Source: Pseudomonadota bacterium (GTDB lineage: Bacteria; Myxococcota; JACRCW01; JAFGSX01). Taken from it: a stretch of DNA of 64,000 bases. The notes under the pieces are model-generated. The model worked only from the letters and a program-made list of their open reading frames with translations, did no database searches and had not been told where the DNA came from. Position 1 is the first letter of the stretch. Every line of letters begins with the position of its first letter. Positions 1 to 10,000 of this stretch are shown one piece after another. The stretch lies in assembly GCA_043821645.1 (NCBI GenBank), contig JBDRCO010000111.1:64001-128000 (forward strand), read 5' to 3'. Both the position numbers and the translations under genes were made by a program.

Positions 1-117
1 GGTCCCTTCGTCGGCCAGGACCAGGCCGGGCAGGTTCAGGAGCAGTCCGAGGCCCACTCCCAGCAGGGTCCTGGTGCGTTGCCCTTTCGGATGGAGACGG
101 GAGAGGGACAGGGGCAC
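1..117 (-). CDS. 5' end of a putative secreted protein running off the left edge (partial)
   Basis: Minus-strand frame from GTG at 117 reads ..RLHPKGQRTRTLLGVGLGLLLNLPGLVLA-DEGT, a basic plus hydrophobic signal-peptide pattern with an Ala cleavage site; open to the window edge. Start uncertain. Confidence 0.35.
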   Translation of the reverse strand, partial: MPLSLSRLHPKGQRTRTLLGVGLGLLLNLPGLVLADEGT

Positions 118-331
118 GGGAACAGGCGAAGGACTGCAGTGTGGTATGCGCCAGACAGACATCGGTCTCCGGTTCGGGTTCGGGGTTACACGGGTGTGTC
201 GCGTCGAGCGATGAAGCGACGTTGCACGGCGACGGCCTCATCATAGCGCAGCGAGCGCCCAGGTCCACCCCACGTCTTGGCAGGGGGCCTGCGCGTGCTA
301 GCATGTGGGCTTCAACGCCCCGGGGGCCGGC

Positions 332-1828
332 ATGAGCGCGGAGAGCATCGGCGTCGTCGTCACCTTTGCGATCTACCTAGTCCTGCTGATCGTGATCGGT
401 CGCCTGGGTGAGCGCCGACACGCGGGCAGTTACGCCGACTTCGTCAGCGCGGACAAGTCCCTGGGCGGCCTGGTCACCGCCATCTCGGCCGCGGCCTCGT
501 CCGAGAGCGTGTGGGTCATGCTGGGCCTGTCGGGTCTGGGCTACTGGAAGGGCGCGGCCGCCCTGTGGGCGTCCATTGGCTGCGTGGCTGGCTTCGCCTT
601 CAATGCTCTGTTCGTGGTCGTGCAACTTCGACGTGACTCGGGCCGCCTGAACGCGCTCACGGTATCGGACTACCTCGAGCGCCGGTTCGGTGACCACAGC
701 AGAATCCTGCGCCTGGTGTCGGCTCTCATCATCGTCTTCTTCATGCTGTCCTACGTGGTGGCCCAGTTCACCGGTGCTGGGGACTTGCTGCAGGGCATGC
801 AGCTGCTGGGCCCCGACACACCCTACTGGCTGGGTGTCGTCGTGGGTGCGGCCATCGTGGCCCTGTACATCGTCATGGGTGGCTACGCCGCGGTGTGCTG
901 GACGGACACCGTGCAAGGTCTGCTCATGTTCGTGGTCATGCTGACACTCCCCGTCGTCGCCGTGGTCGGAGCGGGTGGTCTCGGCAGCATGGCCAGTATC
1001 CTTGAACCTCTCGGGCTGTGGTCCATGAGCGGCAGCGAGACCACCATGTGGGCCTCGCTGGGCTTCGTGGTGGGACAGTTCGGTATCGCCCTGGGCTACC
1101 CTGGAATGCCGCACATGATCGTTCGCTACATCACCGTGCGCGACGAGAAGGAAGCCAGGCGTTCGGCCTGGATCTCACTGATCTGGGCTGCCGTGGTGCT
1201 CTTCGGATCGGCCATCCTGGGCATGGCCGTGCGCGCCATGGCACCCGAGCTCGTCGCCACCCAGAAGGAGGCCGAGCAACAGGTCATCCCCTTCGTGTGC
1301 CGGACCTACCTGCCTAGCATGCTCACGGGTGTGGTGCTCTCCGCCGTCACCGCGGCCATCATGTCCACCGCGGACAGCCAGCTCATGTACGCGGCCACCA
1401 GCCTGTTCACGGACTTCTGGATGCGCGGCAAGCCCCGGCCAGACCTCGACGCCCGGCGTCTGGTGTGGATGACCCGTGTGGCACTCGTCGTCATGACGAT
1501 CATCGCCATGCTCTTCGCCCTGGCCAAGATGCGCCTCATCTACACCTTCGTGCTGTTTGCCTGGGGGGCGCTGGGCGCGGCCTTCACTCCAGTGATCCTG
1601 CTCAGCCTGTACTGGAAAAAGCTCACCCGCTGGGGTGCCCTGGCCTCGATGGTCGTCGGGCCCCTCGTCATCGTGGCCTGGTACAACGTTCCGGTGCTTC
1701 ATGGTGCGGTGTATGAACTGATCCCCGCCTTCGTGTTGAGCCTGTTCAGCGCAGTGGTGGTCAGCCTGGTGACGTGGACAAGCGAGCAGGGCCGGGTGTC
1801 GCTCCCCCGGTCTTCGCACGGAGTCTAA
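332..1828 (+). CDS. putP: Sodium:solute symporter, sodium/proline (PutP-like)
   Basis: Many TM segments; SSS motifs SAAASSESVWVMLGLSG, GGYAAVCWTDTVQG, LGYPGMPHMIVRY, AAIMSTADSQL. ATG at 332 preferred over GTG at 305. Confidence 0.85.
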   Translation: MSAESIGVVVTFAIYLVLLIVIGRLGERRHAGSYADFVSADKSLGGLVTAISAAASSESVWVMLGLSGLGYWKGAAALWASIGCVAGFAFNALFVVVQLRRDSGRLNALTVSDYLERRFGDHSRILRLVSALIIVFFMLSYVVAQFTGAGDLLQGMQLLGPDTPYWLGVVVGAAIVALYIVMGGYAAVCWTDTVQGLLMFVVMLTLPVVAVVGAGGLGSMASILEPLGLWSMSGSETTMWASLGFVVGQFGIALGYPGMPHMIVRYITVRDEKEARRSAWISLIWAAVVLFGSAILGMAVRAMAPELVATQKEAEQQVIPFVCRTYLPSMLTGVVLSAVTAAIMSTADSQLMYAATSLFTDFWMRGKPRPDLDARRLVWMTRVALVVMTIIAMLFALAKMRLIYTFVLFAWGALGAAFTPVILLSLYWKKLTRWGALASMVVGPLVIVAWYNVPVLHGAVYELIPAFVLSLFSAVVVSLVTWTSEQGRVSLPRSSHGV

Positions 1829-2108
1829 GATCCTTCTCAGAAGTTGCACCGAGGCGATGCGCCACTGCGTGCGCCGCGGTGTGTCGTCGAACGGAGCGTC
1901 CAGCGTCGGTGCCGTCGTCCCATCGCAGGCGAGGCCACGCCGAATTCCTTCGGGGCGGTGTGCCCTTGAAGCCCGCGCAAAAAAACCGGATGCCCGTCGG
2001 CAGATCAACGCTGGGTGTGGCAGGAGCAGGGCACGCTTCAGCTTGACGGTGTTCGCCGCGTCAACGAGCCTAGTCGAGGGCCGGTGCGTCTGCACCCGGA
2101 GGTCTCGC

Positions 2109-2657
2109 ATGCCCGTCCGAATCGTCGAGGATCTGATGCTGCCACTGGATCGCTACCCGCGCGTCTCCGCCGACGCAGTGCTCAGCGATGCCCTCGCGGC
2201 GTTGCGCCAGGCGCGACAGCAGGGACCGCTCGGGAGCGAACCGGCCCGCGCCGTGCTGGTGGTCGAGACAGATGGCGCGGTGAGCGGCAAGATCAGCTTG
2301 TGGGCCATCCTGCGAGCCCTCGACCCACGCCTGAGGACACGCAGCAAGGTGTCTCCCCTGGTGCGCACGGACATGGCTGCCGAGTTGCTTGCGGCGGGTG
2401 AGCCTGGCAGTGGTGTGGCGGACGGCGACTTCCAGGAGTGCTGCAGAGCTGCGGCGGCGGTTGCCGTGCGTGACGTCATGCTGAGCACGCGCGAGAGCGT
2501 CGAGGCCACGGCACCCATTGGCCAGGCCGTCGAGAAGATGGTGTTGCATCGCGCCCAGTCTTTGCTGGTGACCCGCGGCCCGCGCGTGGTCGGCATCATC
2601 CGCCTGAGCGACGTGGCAGAGCAGGTCATGGACGAGGTCCTGGCTCACGAGGCCTGA
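2109..2657 (+). CDS. CBS-domain pair protein
   Basis: GGAGG SD before ATG 2109; two CBS repeats (VEDLM..YPRVSADA..AVLVVETDGAVSGKIS; VRDVM..SLLVTRGPRVVGIIRLSD). Confidence 0.8.
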   Translation: MPVRIVEDLMLPLDRYPRVSADAVLSDALAALRQARQQGPLGSEPARAVLVVETDGAVSGKISLWAILRALDPRLRTRSKVSPLVRTDMAAELLAAGEPGSGVADGDFQECCRAAAAVAVRDVMLSTRESVEATAPIGQAVEKMVLHRAQSLLVTRGPRVVGIIRLSDVAEQVMDEVLAHEA

Positions 2658-2792
2658 GCGCGACCAGCCGGAGGCGTTACGACGCCCGCAATAGAGGGGA
2701 GCCGCCTCGCCACCTCCGGGTACTGTGCTGGTGCCTGGCGTGATCGCTCCTGCCGCCGCCGGCGCGTCTGGTCGCTTTGCCCAGGCCCCAAG

Positions 2793-3053
2793 ATGGATGC
2801 CCTCAACGTCGAGGACTTCGATTCCTTCGGCGAGCTTGAGCGCACGGTGCGCGCATGCCAGGCCGAAGGCAGCCTGGATGCGGGTCGTGATCCGGGCGCC
2901 ATGAGCATGGCCATCTGGGCCGAGGTCCACGGCCTGGCCCTTCTGCGCAACGAGGACATGATCGCGGGCATGGCCTAGCAGCGGGGCAAGAACGAGGCCG
3001 GGACCCTCGAGGCCATCTTCGACATCATCAAGGGGCACCATCTGGGTTCATGA
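2793..3053 (+). pseudogene. Remnant of a TetR-family C-terminal (WHG-type) domain
   Basis: AIWAEVHGLALL motif; no HTH upstream; in-frame TAG at 2976-2978, after which the frame continues QRGKNEAGTLEAIFDIIKGHHLGS to TGA 3051-3053. Confidence 0.6.
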
Positions 3054-3495
3054 CCGCAGTCGATGCGCTCGAGTCTGGCCGTGGATTGCCCGAAAGCTGC
3101 GCAGACGACGATAGACGACCCGTGGAGACCGATTCACGGTGCTCGCATGGATATCCCTGCCCATGGCGGACCTGGCACGGTGACCCGATAGGGCCGCGCA
3201 CGCGGTCGACAGCACGGAACCTCTCGCCAACAACCGGGGCGGTCGCAGCCTTGGTGTTGCTGCAGGGCTGCACCCTGTTTTCGATGACCGTGAGCCCGCG
3301 GCGAGAGAAGTCTCAAGTGGGGGTGCAGATCCCCGACCAGGTTCGCATCAACTCCACCGTAGCGGTCAGTGGATGCGGACATCGAGGTCAGGCCGCTTCA
3401 GCACTCGAAGAAGCAGCGGGGCAGGGCAGATGGCGCATGACGCGGTCAGATCGAAACCTGGCTATAGCCTGCAGCCCTTTAGCGTGAACCGGCGC

Positions 3496-3720
3496 ATGGC
3501 CGCGGCCACCGTGGCCGTGACCGTGGGCAGCCTGTTCGAGCAGCCCGTGCTCCGCGACGGCCAGCTCGAGAACCGCGAGCATCTGTGTCTGACCCTGAGT
3601 TTCGATCACGACGTCGTCGACGGGGCACCCGCCGCGCGCTTCATGAAACGCTTTTGCGAGTTGCTGGCGAGCGGGGAGCTGGTACCTGTGGCAGCCGGCG
3701 CCGGGGTGCGGCCAGCCTGA
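3496..3720 (+). pseudogene. C-terminal fragment of a 2-oxoacid dehydrogenase acyltransferase (E2-like) catalytic domain
   Basis: LCLTLSFDHDVVDGAPAARF matches the DHxxxDG motif, but only about 75 codons are present. Confidence 0.7.
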
Positions 3721-3907
3721 GCAGCCAGGCGATGCGCGCGTGCCCGGACGCGCTGTGCCAGCATGGATCCGTCAGCGCGACAGCACCGCGTCGACGACGA
3801 GGGGGAGGGCCGTCTCACGGGAGCCAGCGTCCGAGGGGACTGCGTCGGGAATCCCGCATCAGGTGTGACGCGAGCACACCAGGAGTCGCCACAGTCGGGA
3901 TCCCATG

Positions 3908-3935
3908 TTGACGACCGCCATGCGCGTACTATCTT
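3908..3935 (+). promoter_or_regulatory. Putative sigma70 promoter of the leader ORF/RND operon
   Basis: TTGACG (3908-3913), 16 nt spacer, TATCTT (3930-3935). Confidence 0.4.
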
Positions 3936-4003
3936 GTCCGGGATGCCTTTGCAGGCTCGTCCGCGGGTGCTCCGAGCGCCAGATCCTGTTACCGGGAGCC
4001 CCT

Positions 4004-4333
4004 TTGATTCGCCGTCGCCTCGTCAGGACCCTGCTCTTCGTGCTGCTCGCCGGCACAGCCATGACTGCCGCGGGTGAGCTCTTGCAGGTGCATGATGGTG
4101 ATCAGGTCGCTCATGCGGACGGCGCACCCTGTCCAGACCCCGGTCACGACGGCGAGCCCTGTGGCCCTGGCTGTGCCTGCACCTGCTGCCCCGGACACGC
4201 CACCGGAGTCGCTTTGCCCGTACCAGCGGTCTTTCTCGATCGACCCTTCGCCTCCGAACAACTGCATCATGGTAGCGACGGTCTGAATCCTCGAGAAGTC
4301 TCCAAACGTATTTTTCACCCGCCCCGCGCCTGA
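4004..4333 (+). CDS. Small exported Cys/His-rich protein with C-terminal IFHPPRA (DUF2946/CzcI-like leader ORF)
   Basis: GGGAG SD then TTG at 4004; signal-like N-terminus (IRRRLVRTLLFVLLAGTAMTAA); HADGAPCPDPGHDGEPCGPGCACTCCPGH cluster; 105 nt upstream of the czcC-like gene. Confidence 0.7.
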   Translation: MIRRRLVRTLLFVLLAGTAMTAAGELLQVHDGDQVAHADGAPCPDPGHDGEPCGPGCACTCCPGHATGVALPVPAVFLDRPFASEQLHHGSDGLNPREVSKRIFHPPRA

Positions 4334-4438
4334 GCCAGCCCCAGGAACATCACACCGGTGCGCAGCATGAAGCCTGTGCCCGGCACTGACGTGACCAGAC
4401 GTCCTGTGCGGACGTGGTGGCAAGGCAGGTGAACGAGC

Positions 4439-5740
4439 ATGCGACGCGATCCTGTGCGCGCCCCTCTTCGAGAGAGGGCTCCGCTAGTGTGCCTGGTGCT
4501 CATCGCGGCAAGCCCTGCGAAGGCCGATTCAGAGCACTCGCAACCTCTCCCATTGGCACCAGCATCCTCGGCCAGCCAGCGTGTCGAGGTGAGCTGGACG
4601 GACATCGACCATCTGCTCGATGCGCATCCAGGACTTGCTGTCGGCGCGCTCCAGATCGAGGCAGCTCGCAGGGGTGTCGACGTCGCGGGCGCAGTGCCGA
4701 ACCCGACCCTCGAGGGCAACCTCGGCCAGGGCTTCGCCCGGACCGGTGGCGGGTCGGGTGTGGAATGGGGACTGGCGCTCAACGTTCCGCTCGACTGGAT
4801 CGCGCGACGAGGCTCGCGCATTTCTGCAGCCGAGGCTGCCGTGGAGGTGGCGGTGGCCGAGAGGCAGGCGCTGCGGCGCGACGTCGAGCTCCAGCTCAAG
4901 ACCCTGTACTGGAGCCTCGTCCACGAGCAGGCGCTGGTCGAGTCCCTCGGGGAACTCGAGGCTCAAAGCGCGGCCCTGGTGCATACCGTCGGCATGCGGG
5001 TCGACACAGGCGAGGTCCGTCCGGTCGAGGTCACGCGGGTCGAGATCGAGTTTCACAAGATCAGCGGCGAGAGCGAGGCTGCATACACCTTGCTCGCGGC
5101 ACGGCAGGCCCAGCTCGCGCTCTGGCTCGGCGTGCGCAGGGGCACGACCATCGTGGCCATCGCCGACCTGACGGCGTTGCCCGTCGTCATCGACCTCGAC
5201 ACTGCCCTCGACCGGCTCCGCGCGACGCACCCTGACCTGCTGACCGCGCGGGCCAGACTGCGAGCCCTGCAGGCCGAGGTCGAGACGGAGAAGATGGCAC
5301 GGGTGCCGGCGATCTCTCTCATCGGACACGCCGACGACGAGCTGGACCGGCGAGCCTACGGGGTTGGCCTCGCGGTCGATCTGCCGCTGTTCAACTGGAA
5401 TGTGGGAAGCATCGGGCAGGCCGAGGCCATGGCCGCTGCGGGGCGCCAGCGTGTCGAGCAGGTGGAGAGGGACCTCGAGGACGCCGTCATCGAGGGACAC
5501 GCCGCGTGCCTGGCCTCCATCCAGACTGCCACGCGCCTTGGCACACAGGTGGTCCCGCGCGCCGAGGATGCCGCGACGACCATGGAGAAGACATACATGC
5601 TCGGAGAGCTGAATCTGATCGAGCTAATCGACGCTCGTCGCACCCTGAACGAGGCGCGTCGACTTCACCTGGACGCGCTTGCGCAGGCTCACATCGACTG
5701 CAGTCGTCTCGATGCACTGGTTCCGGAGGAACCCCGATGA
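4439..5740 (+). CDS. czcC: TolC-family outer membrane efflux protein (CzcC-like)
   Basis: Signal peptide; PNPTL, two helical OEP repeats, LPLFNWN, YMLGELNLIELIDARR; first structural gene of the RND operon. Confidence 0.85.
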   Translation: MRRDPVRAPLRERAPLVCLVLIAASPAKADSEHSQPLPLAPASSASQRVEVSWTDIDHLLDAHPGLAVGALQIEAARRGVDVAGAVPNPTLEGNLGQGFARTGGGSGVEWGLALNVPLDWIARRGSRISAAEAAVEVAVAERQALRRDVELQLKTLYWSLVHEQALVESLGELEAQSAALVHTVGMRVDTGEVRPVEVTRVEIEFHKISGESEAAYTLLAARQAQLALWLGVRRGTTIVAIADLTALPVVIDLDTALDRLRATHPDLLTARARLRALQAEVETEKMARVPAISLIGHADDELDRRAYGVGLAVDLPLFNWNVGSIGQAEAMAAAGRQRVEQVERDLEDAVIEGHAACLASIQTATRLGTQVVPRAEDAATTMEKTYMLGELNLIELIDARRTLNEARRLHLDALAQAHIDCSRLDALVPEEPR

Positions 5741-7053
5741 ACATCCTTCATGCCGCCTTGGTGCTTGTCCTGACCCTCGCGATCGGAGGCCAGTCCTGCG
5801 ACCGAGGACAGCCCGTCGTCCCGCGACCCACGGCCGGGGAGGAATCCGCAGAGCACTCGGGGCACGGCTCGGACAGCCACGATGGCCACGGCGATGGCCA
5901 CCTGGCCGAGGAGGTTTCTGACCTCGACCGACCTGTGAAGGAGCTGTTCAGCCTGTCGTGCGAACACAGCAAAAAGACCTTCGAGTGCGACGAGTGTCGC
6001 TACGAGGTCGGCGTTGTCAGGGCACCCGTGTTCCTCACCGAGGGTGGGTTGATTCAGACGGTCACGGCCAAGCACCACAAGATCTCGGTACCGATCACCC
6101 TCACCGGTGAGGTCCGCTTCGACGAGAGGCGAGTCGGTCACGTGAGCGCGCAGGTCGAGGGAGTCATCAAGAAGGTCCACGTCGCGCTCGGCGATCCCGT
6201 GCGAGCGGGGCAGGCCCTGCTGGAGATCGAGAGCGTCGCCATCGGTGACGCCCAGGCGGCGTCTCTCGAAACCCAGGCCATGCTCGATCTCGCGCGGAGA
6301 AACTTCGACCGCGTGTCCGGGCTTCGCCGGGAGAACATCGCGTCGGAGAAGGAATTTCTTCAGGCCAAGCTCGAACTCGAGGCGGCGGAGATCCGCAGCC
6401 AGGGCGCGCTTGGCAAGCTGGCGCGTCTTGGCAGCGACGGCGTGCGCGGGCGGCTCGTTCTTCGCGCTCCCATGGATGGCACGGTGCTGGTCATGCATGC
6501 CGTGTCCGGCGAGGTCGCCAAGACCGAGGAATCCCTGGTCACCGTTGGTGACAACACCACCGTCTGGGTCTGGGCCGACCTGTACGAACGAGATATCGCG
6601 GCCGTGAACAGCGGGCAGACCGTCCAGAAGATCGAGACGGTGGTCCAGGTCAAGGCCTACCCGGAGGTGGAGTTCCCCGGTGTTGTCAGCCTCGTGAGCC
6701 CGGCCATGGACGAGTCCTCGCGCACGGTCAAGGTGCGGGTCGAGGTCCTCAACGCTGACCGCCGTCTCCTCGCAGGGATGTTCGCCAGTGTGAAGCTCTT
6801 CTTGCCCGGTGCTGAAGAGGCGCTCGCGATCCCCAGGAGCGCGGTGCTTGAGGACGAGGGCCGGTCCTTTGTCTTTGTCCATGACCATGACGACTACTAC
6901 ATCCGGAGGCCTGTGGCGGTGGGTCGAACCTGGGCAGGACTGGTCGAGATCACGAAGGGGCTCGAGCCGACGCAGATTGTGGTGGCCGAGGGCGCCTTCC
7001 TCATGAAGTCCGACGTGCTGCGCTCGAAGATGGGCGCTGGCTGCGCAGACTGA
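5737..7053 (+). CDS. czcB: RND efflux periplasmic adaptor (CzcB/CusB-like)
   Basis: ATGA overlap with the upstream stop; lipoyl-like halves (GDPVRAGQALLEIES, LRAPMDGTV), VWVWADLYERD, DESSRTVKVR, GMFA; His-rich N-terminal region. Confidence 0.9.
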   Translation: MNILHAALVLVLTLAIGGQSCDRGQPVVPRPTAGEESAEHSGHGSDSHDGHGDGHLAEEVSDLDRPVKELFSLSCEHSKKTFECDECRYEVGVVRAPVFLTEGGLIQTVTAKHHKISVPITLTGEVRFDERRVGHVSAQVEGVIKKVHVALGDPVRAGQALLEIESVAIGDAQAASLETQAMLDLARRNFDRVSGLRRENIASEKEFLQAKLELEAAEIRSQGALGKLARLGSDGVRGRLVLRAPMDGTVLVMHAVSGEVAKTEESLVTVGDNTTVWVWADLYERDIAAVNSGQTVQKIETVVQVKAYPEVEFPGVVSLVSPAMDESSRTVKVRVEVLNADRRLLAGMFASVKLFLPGAEEALAIPRSAVLEDEGRSFVFVHDHDDYYIRRPVAVGRTWAGLVEITKGLEPTQIVVAEGAFLMKSDVLRSKMGAGCAD

Positions 7054-7064
7054 GGAGAGAAGGC

Positions 7065-10000
7065 ATGACGCTCGCAAGCTTTCTGCTCAGGAACCGACTG
7101 CTCGTGCTCCTCGGTACCGCGGTCCTCATCTTCGCCGGGGTCCTGGCCTGGATACGCCTGCCCATCGACGCTTTTCCCGACGTCACCAACACCCAGGTGA
7201 TGATCCTGAGCACGTCCCCAGGTCTGGCCGCGGTCGACGTCGAACAGCGCGTGAGCTACCCCATCGAGCAGGTGATGCGCGGCTTGCCTCGGGTCCAGCA
7301 GGTGCGCTCGCTGTCCAAGGCGGGACTGTCGCAGGTGGTGATCATCTTCGAAGACGGCGTCGACACCTACTGGACACGACAGGTCGTCTTCGAACGCCTG
7401 AGCATGGCCCGAGAGCACCTGCCACCCGGGGTTGAGCCGGAGCTGGGTCCCATCTCCACCGGTCTCGGCGAGATCCTGCAGTACACCCTCGAGGGTGAAG
7501 GTCTGAGCGCCATGGAGCTGCGCACCGTGCAGGACTGGATCGTTGCACCGCTGCTCAAACCCATACCGGGTGTCAACGAGGTCAACAGCTTTGGTGGCGA
7601 GGTCAAGCAGTACCAGGTCCTCGTCTCCCCCGAGAAGCTCCTCAAGTACGGGCTGACCGTGAACGACGTGGTCGAGGCCGTCGAGCAGGGAAACGCCAAC
7701 GCTGGCGGTGGCGTGATCGTTCGAGGCTGGGAGCAGCTGTACATGCGGGGTGTCGGGCTGCTCCGGGACACCGCCGATATCGAGCATATCGTGCTCAAGG
7801 CCAGTGCCGGTGCGCCGGTCTACATCCGGGACGTCGCGGACGTCGTCATCGGCGCCGAACCCCGGCAGGGCGCAGTCTCGCGGGACGGTAAGGGCGAGGT
7901 CGTGGCCGGCATGATCATCATGCTCAAGGGCGAGAATTCCGATGACGTCGTCAGCCGGGTCAAGGCCTCGATCGGCGCGATCGAGGGCACGCTCCCCCCG
8001 GGGGTGCAGCTCAGCGTGTTCTACGACCGCACCTCGCTCATCGAGGCCTGCATCAAGACCGTTGTCGACGCGCTGCTCGAAGGTGGCATCTTCGTCATCC
8101 TCGTGCTCGTCCTGTTCCTTGCGGAGCTGCGCACCGCGCTCATCGTGGTTTTCTCGCTGCCCTTCACCTTCCTGGTGAGCTTCATATTCATGGACCTTGC
8201 CGGGATCTCCTCCAACCTGATGAGCCTGGGAGGCCTCGCCTTCTCGGTTGGCATGGTGGTGGACGCCTCCATCGTGGTGGTCGAGAACGTCCGCCGCCAC
8301 CTCGCGCTTCAGACCGGGCGGGAACACAAGCGTCGTGTCGTGACCGAGGCGCTGGTCGAGGTCGCGCGACCGGTCACCTTCTCGGTGCTCGTCATCGCCA
8401 TCATCCTGGTGCCGCTGTTCACGCTGCAGGGGATCGAGGGCAAGATGTTTGCCCCGCTGGCCGCAACCATGCTGATCGCTCTTTTGGTCTCGCTCGTGGT
8501 GGCCCTCACGGTGATCCCGGTGTTGTCGGAATCCGTTCTGAAACAGGTTACCGAGAGAGAGTTCGGGATCATTCGACGCTTCCACGGGGCCTACATGACG
8601 CTGCTCCGCCGCGCCATCCAGCGTCCTGTCGTGACACTTGGGCTGTCGGGCGTCGTGCTCGTGGCCTCGCTCGCGCTGCTGCCCTTCATGGGGACCTCAT
8701 TCATGCCGGATCTCGACGAGGGTTCGATCGCAGTCAACGTGGTGCGCTTGCCCAACGCCTCGCTCGAGGGCTCCGTCAAAGTCGCCACCTTCATGGAACA
8801 ACGTCTGCGCCGCTTTCCCGAGGTGGAGACCGTGGTGAGCAAGACGGGGCGTGCCGAGATCTCCGAGGACCCCATGGGCCCCGAGCAGACGGACCTCTTC
8901 ATCATGCTCAGGCCGCGCGCGCAGTGGACTACCGGCTGGGACAAGGACGCGCTGGTGGAGGCGATCCAGCAGGACCTGTCCCGGATCCCGGGGCTGCGAT
9001 TCTCGTTTTCACAGCCCATCGCGTTGCGGGTCAACGAACTCATCTCGGGCGTCAAGAGCGACCTCGCGGTCAAGGTCTTCGGGCCCGACCTCGAGGTGCT
9101 CAAGAGCTTTGCGGACCGCGCCGGAAGCGTGCTGCAAGGCATCGAGGGCGCGCGTGACATCAAGGTCGAGCAGGTATCCGGCATGGCGCAGCTCGACGTG
9201 GTCATCGACCGCAAGGCCGTGGCCAGGCATGGCATCCAGATCGCCGCCGTCAACGCCGTCATCGAGACCGCCGTTGCCGGCAAGAAAGCGACGATCCTGA
9301 TCGAAGAGCAGCGCCGCTTTGCGGTGGTCGTCCGATTTCCGGAATCAGCCCGCGCGGACATCCCGGAGCTCGAGCGCTTGCTGGTCACGGCCCCCGGTGG
9401 CGAGCGTGTGCCGCTGGCCCAGATCGCAGAGTTTCGCCTGGTCGAGGCGCCGGCCCAGGTGAGCCGCGAGAACGGCATGCGGCGCGTGGTGGCCGAGGCC
9501 AACATTCGTGGCCGGGATCTGGGGGGCTTCGTCTCCGACCTTCAGCGTCGGCTGGCACACCTGGTGAAAGAACTCCCGGCCGGCTACTACGTCGAGTACG
9601 GCGGGCAGTTCGAGAACCAGCAGCGCGCCATGCGCCAGCTCGCCATCGTTGTCCCGGTGGCTCTCCTGCTCATCCTTTTTCTGCTCTTCCTGGCCCTCGG
9701 GTCCTTCCGGGACGCACTACTGGTGCTGCTCAACCTGCCCTTTGCACTGGTCGGAGGGGTGATCGCGGTCATCGCCTTCGGTCTCCCGGTTTCGGTGTCT
9801 GCGGCCGTGGCCTTCATCGTGTTGCTTGGCATCGCGGTGCAGAACGGCGTGGTGCTGGTGGCCTTCTTCGGTCAGCTCCGGGCGCGGGGCGAAAGCGTGC
9901 TCGACACGGTGACCAAGGGATGCGAACTCCGGTTCCGGCCCCTGTTCATGACCGCTTCGGTCAGCTTCATTGGCCACCTGCCCATGCTCTACGCAACAGG

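Noticed and set aside
1830-2108. Riboswitch in long intergenic regions (also 19525-19808, 31081-31338, 31675-32087)
   Set aside because: No recognisable conserved aptamer motifs by eye; an Infernal/Rfam scan would be needed to exclude one.
2976-2978. In-frame TAG as possible pyrrolysine or stop-codon reassignment
   Set aside because: The gene is already 5'-truncated, no pyl genes are in the window, and TAG is a normal stop in many genes here.
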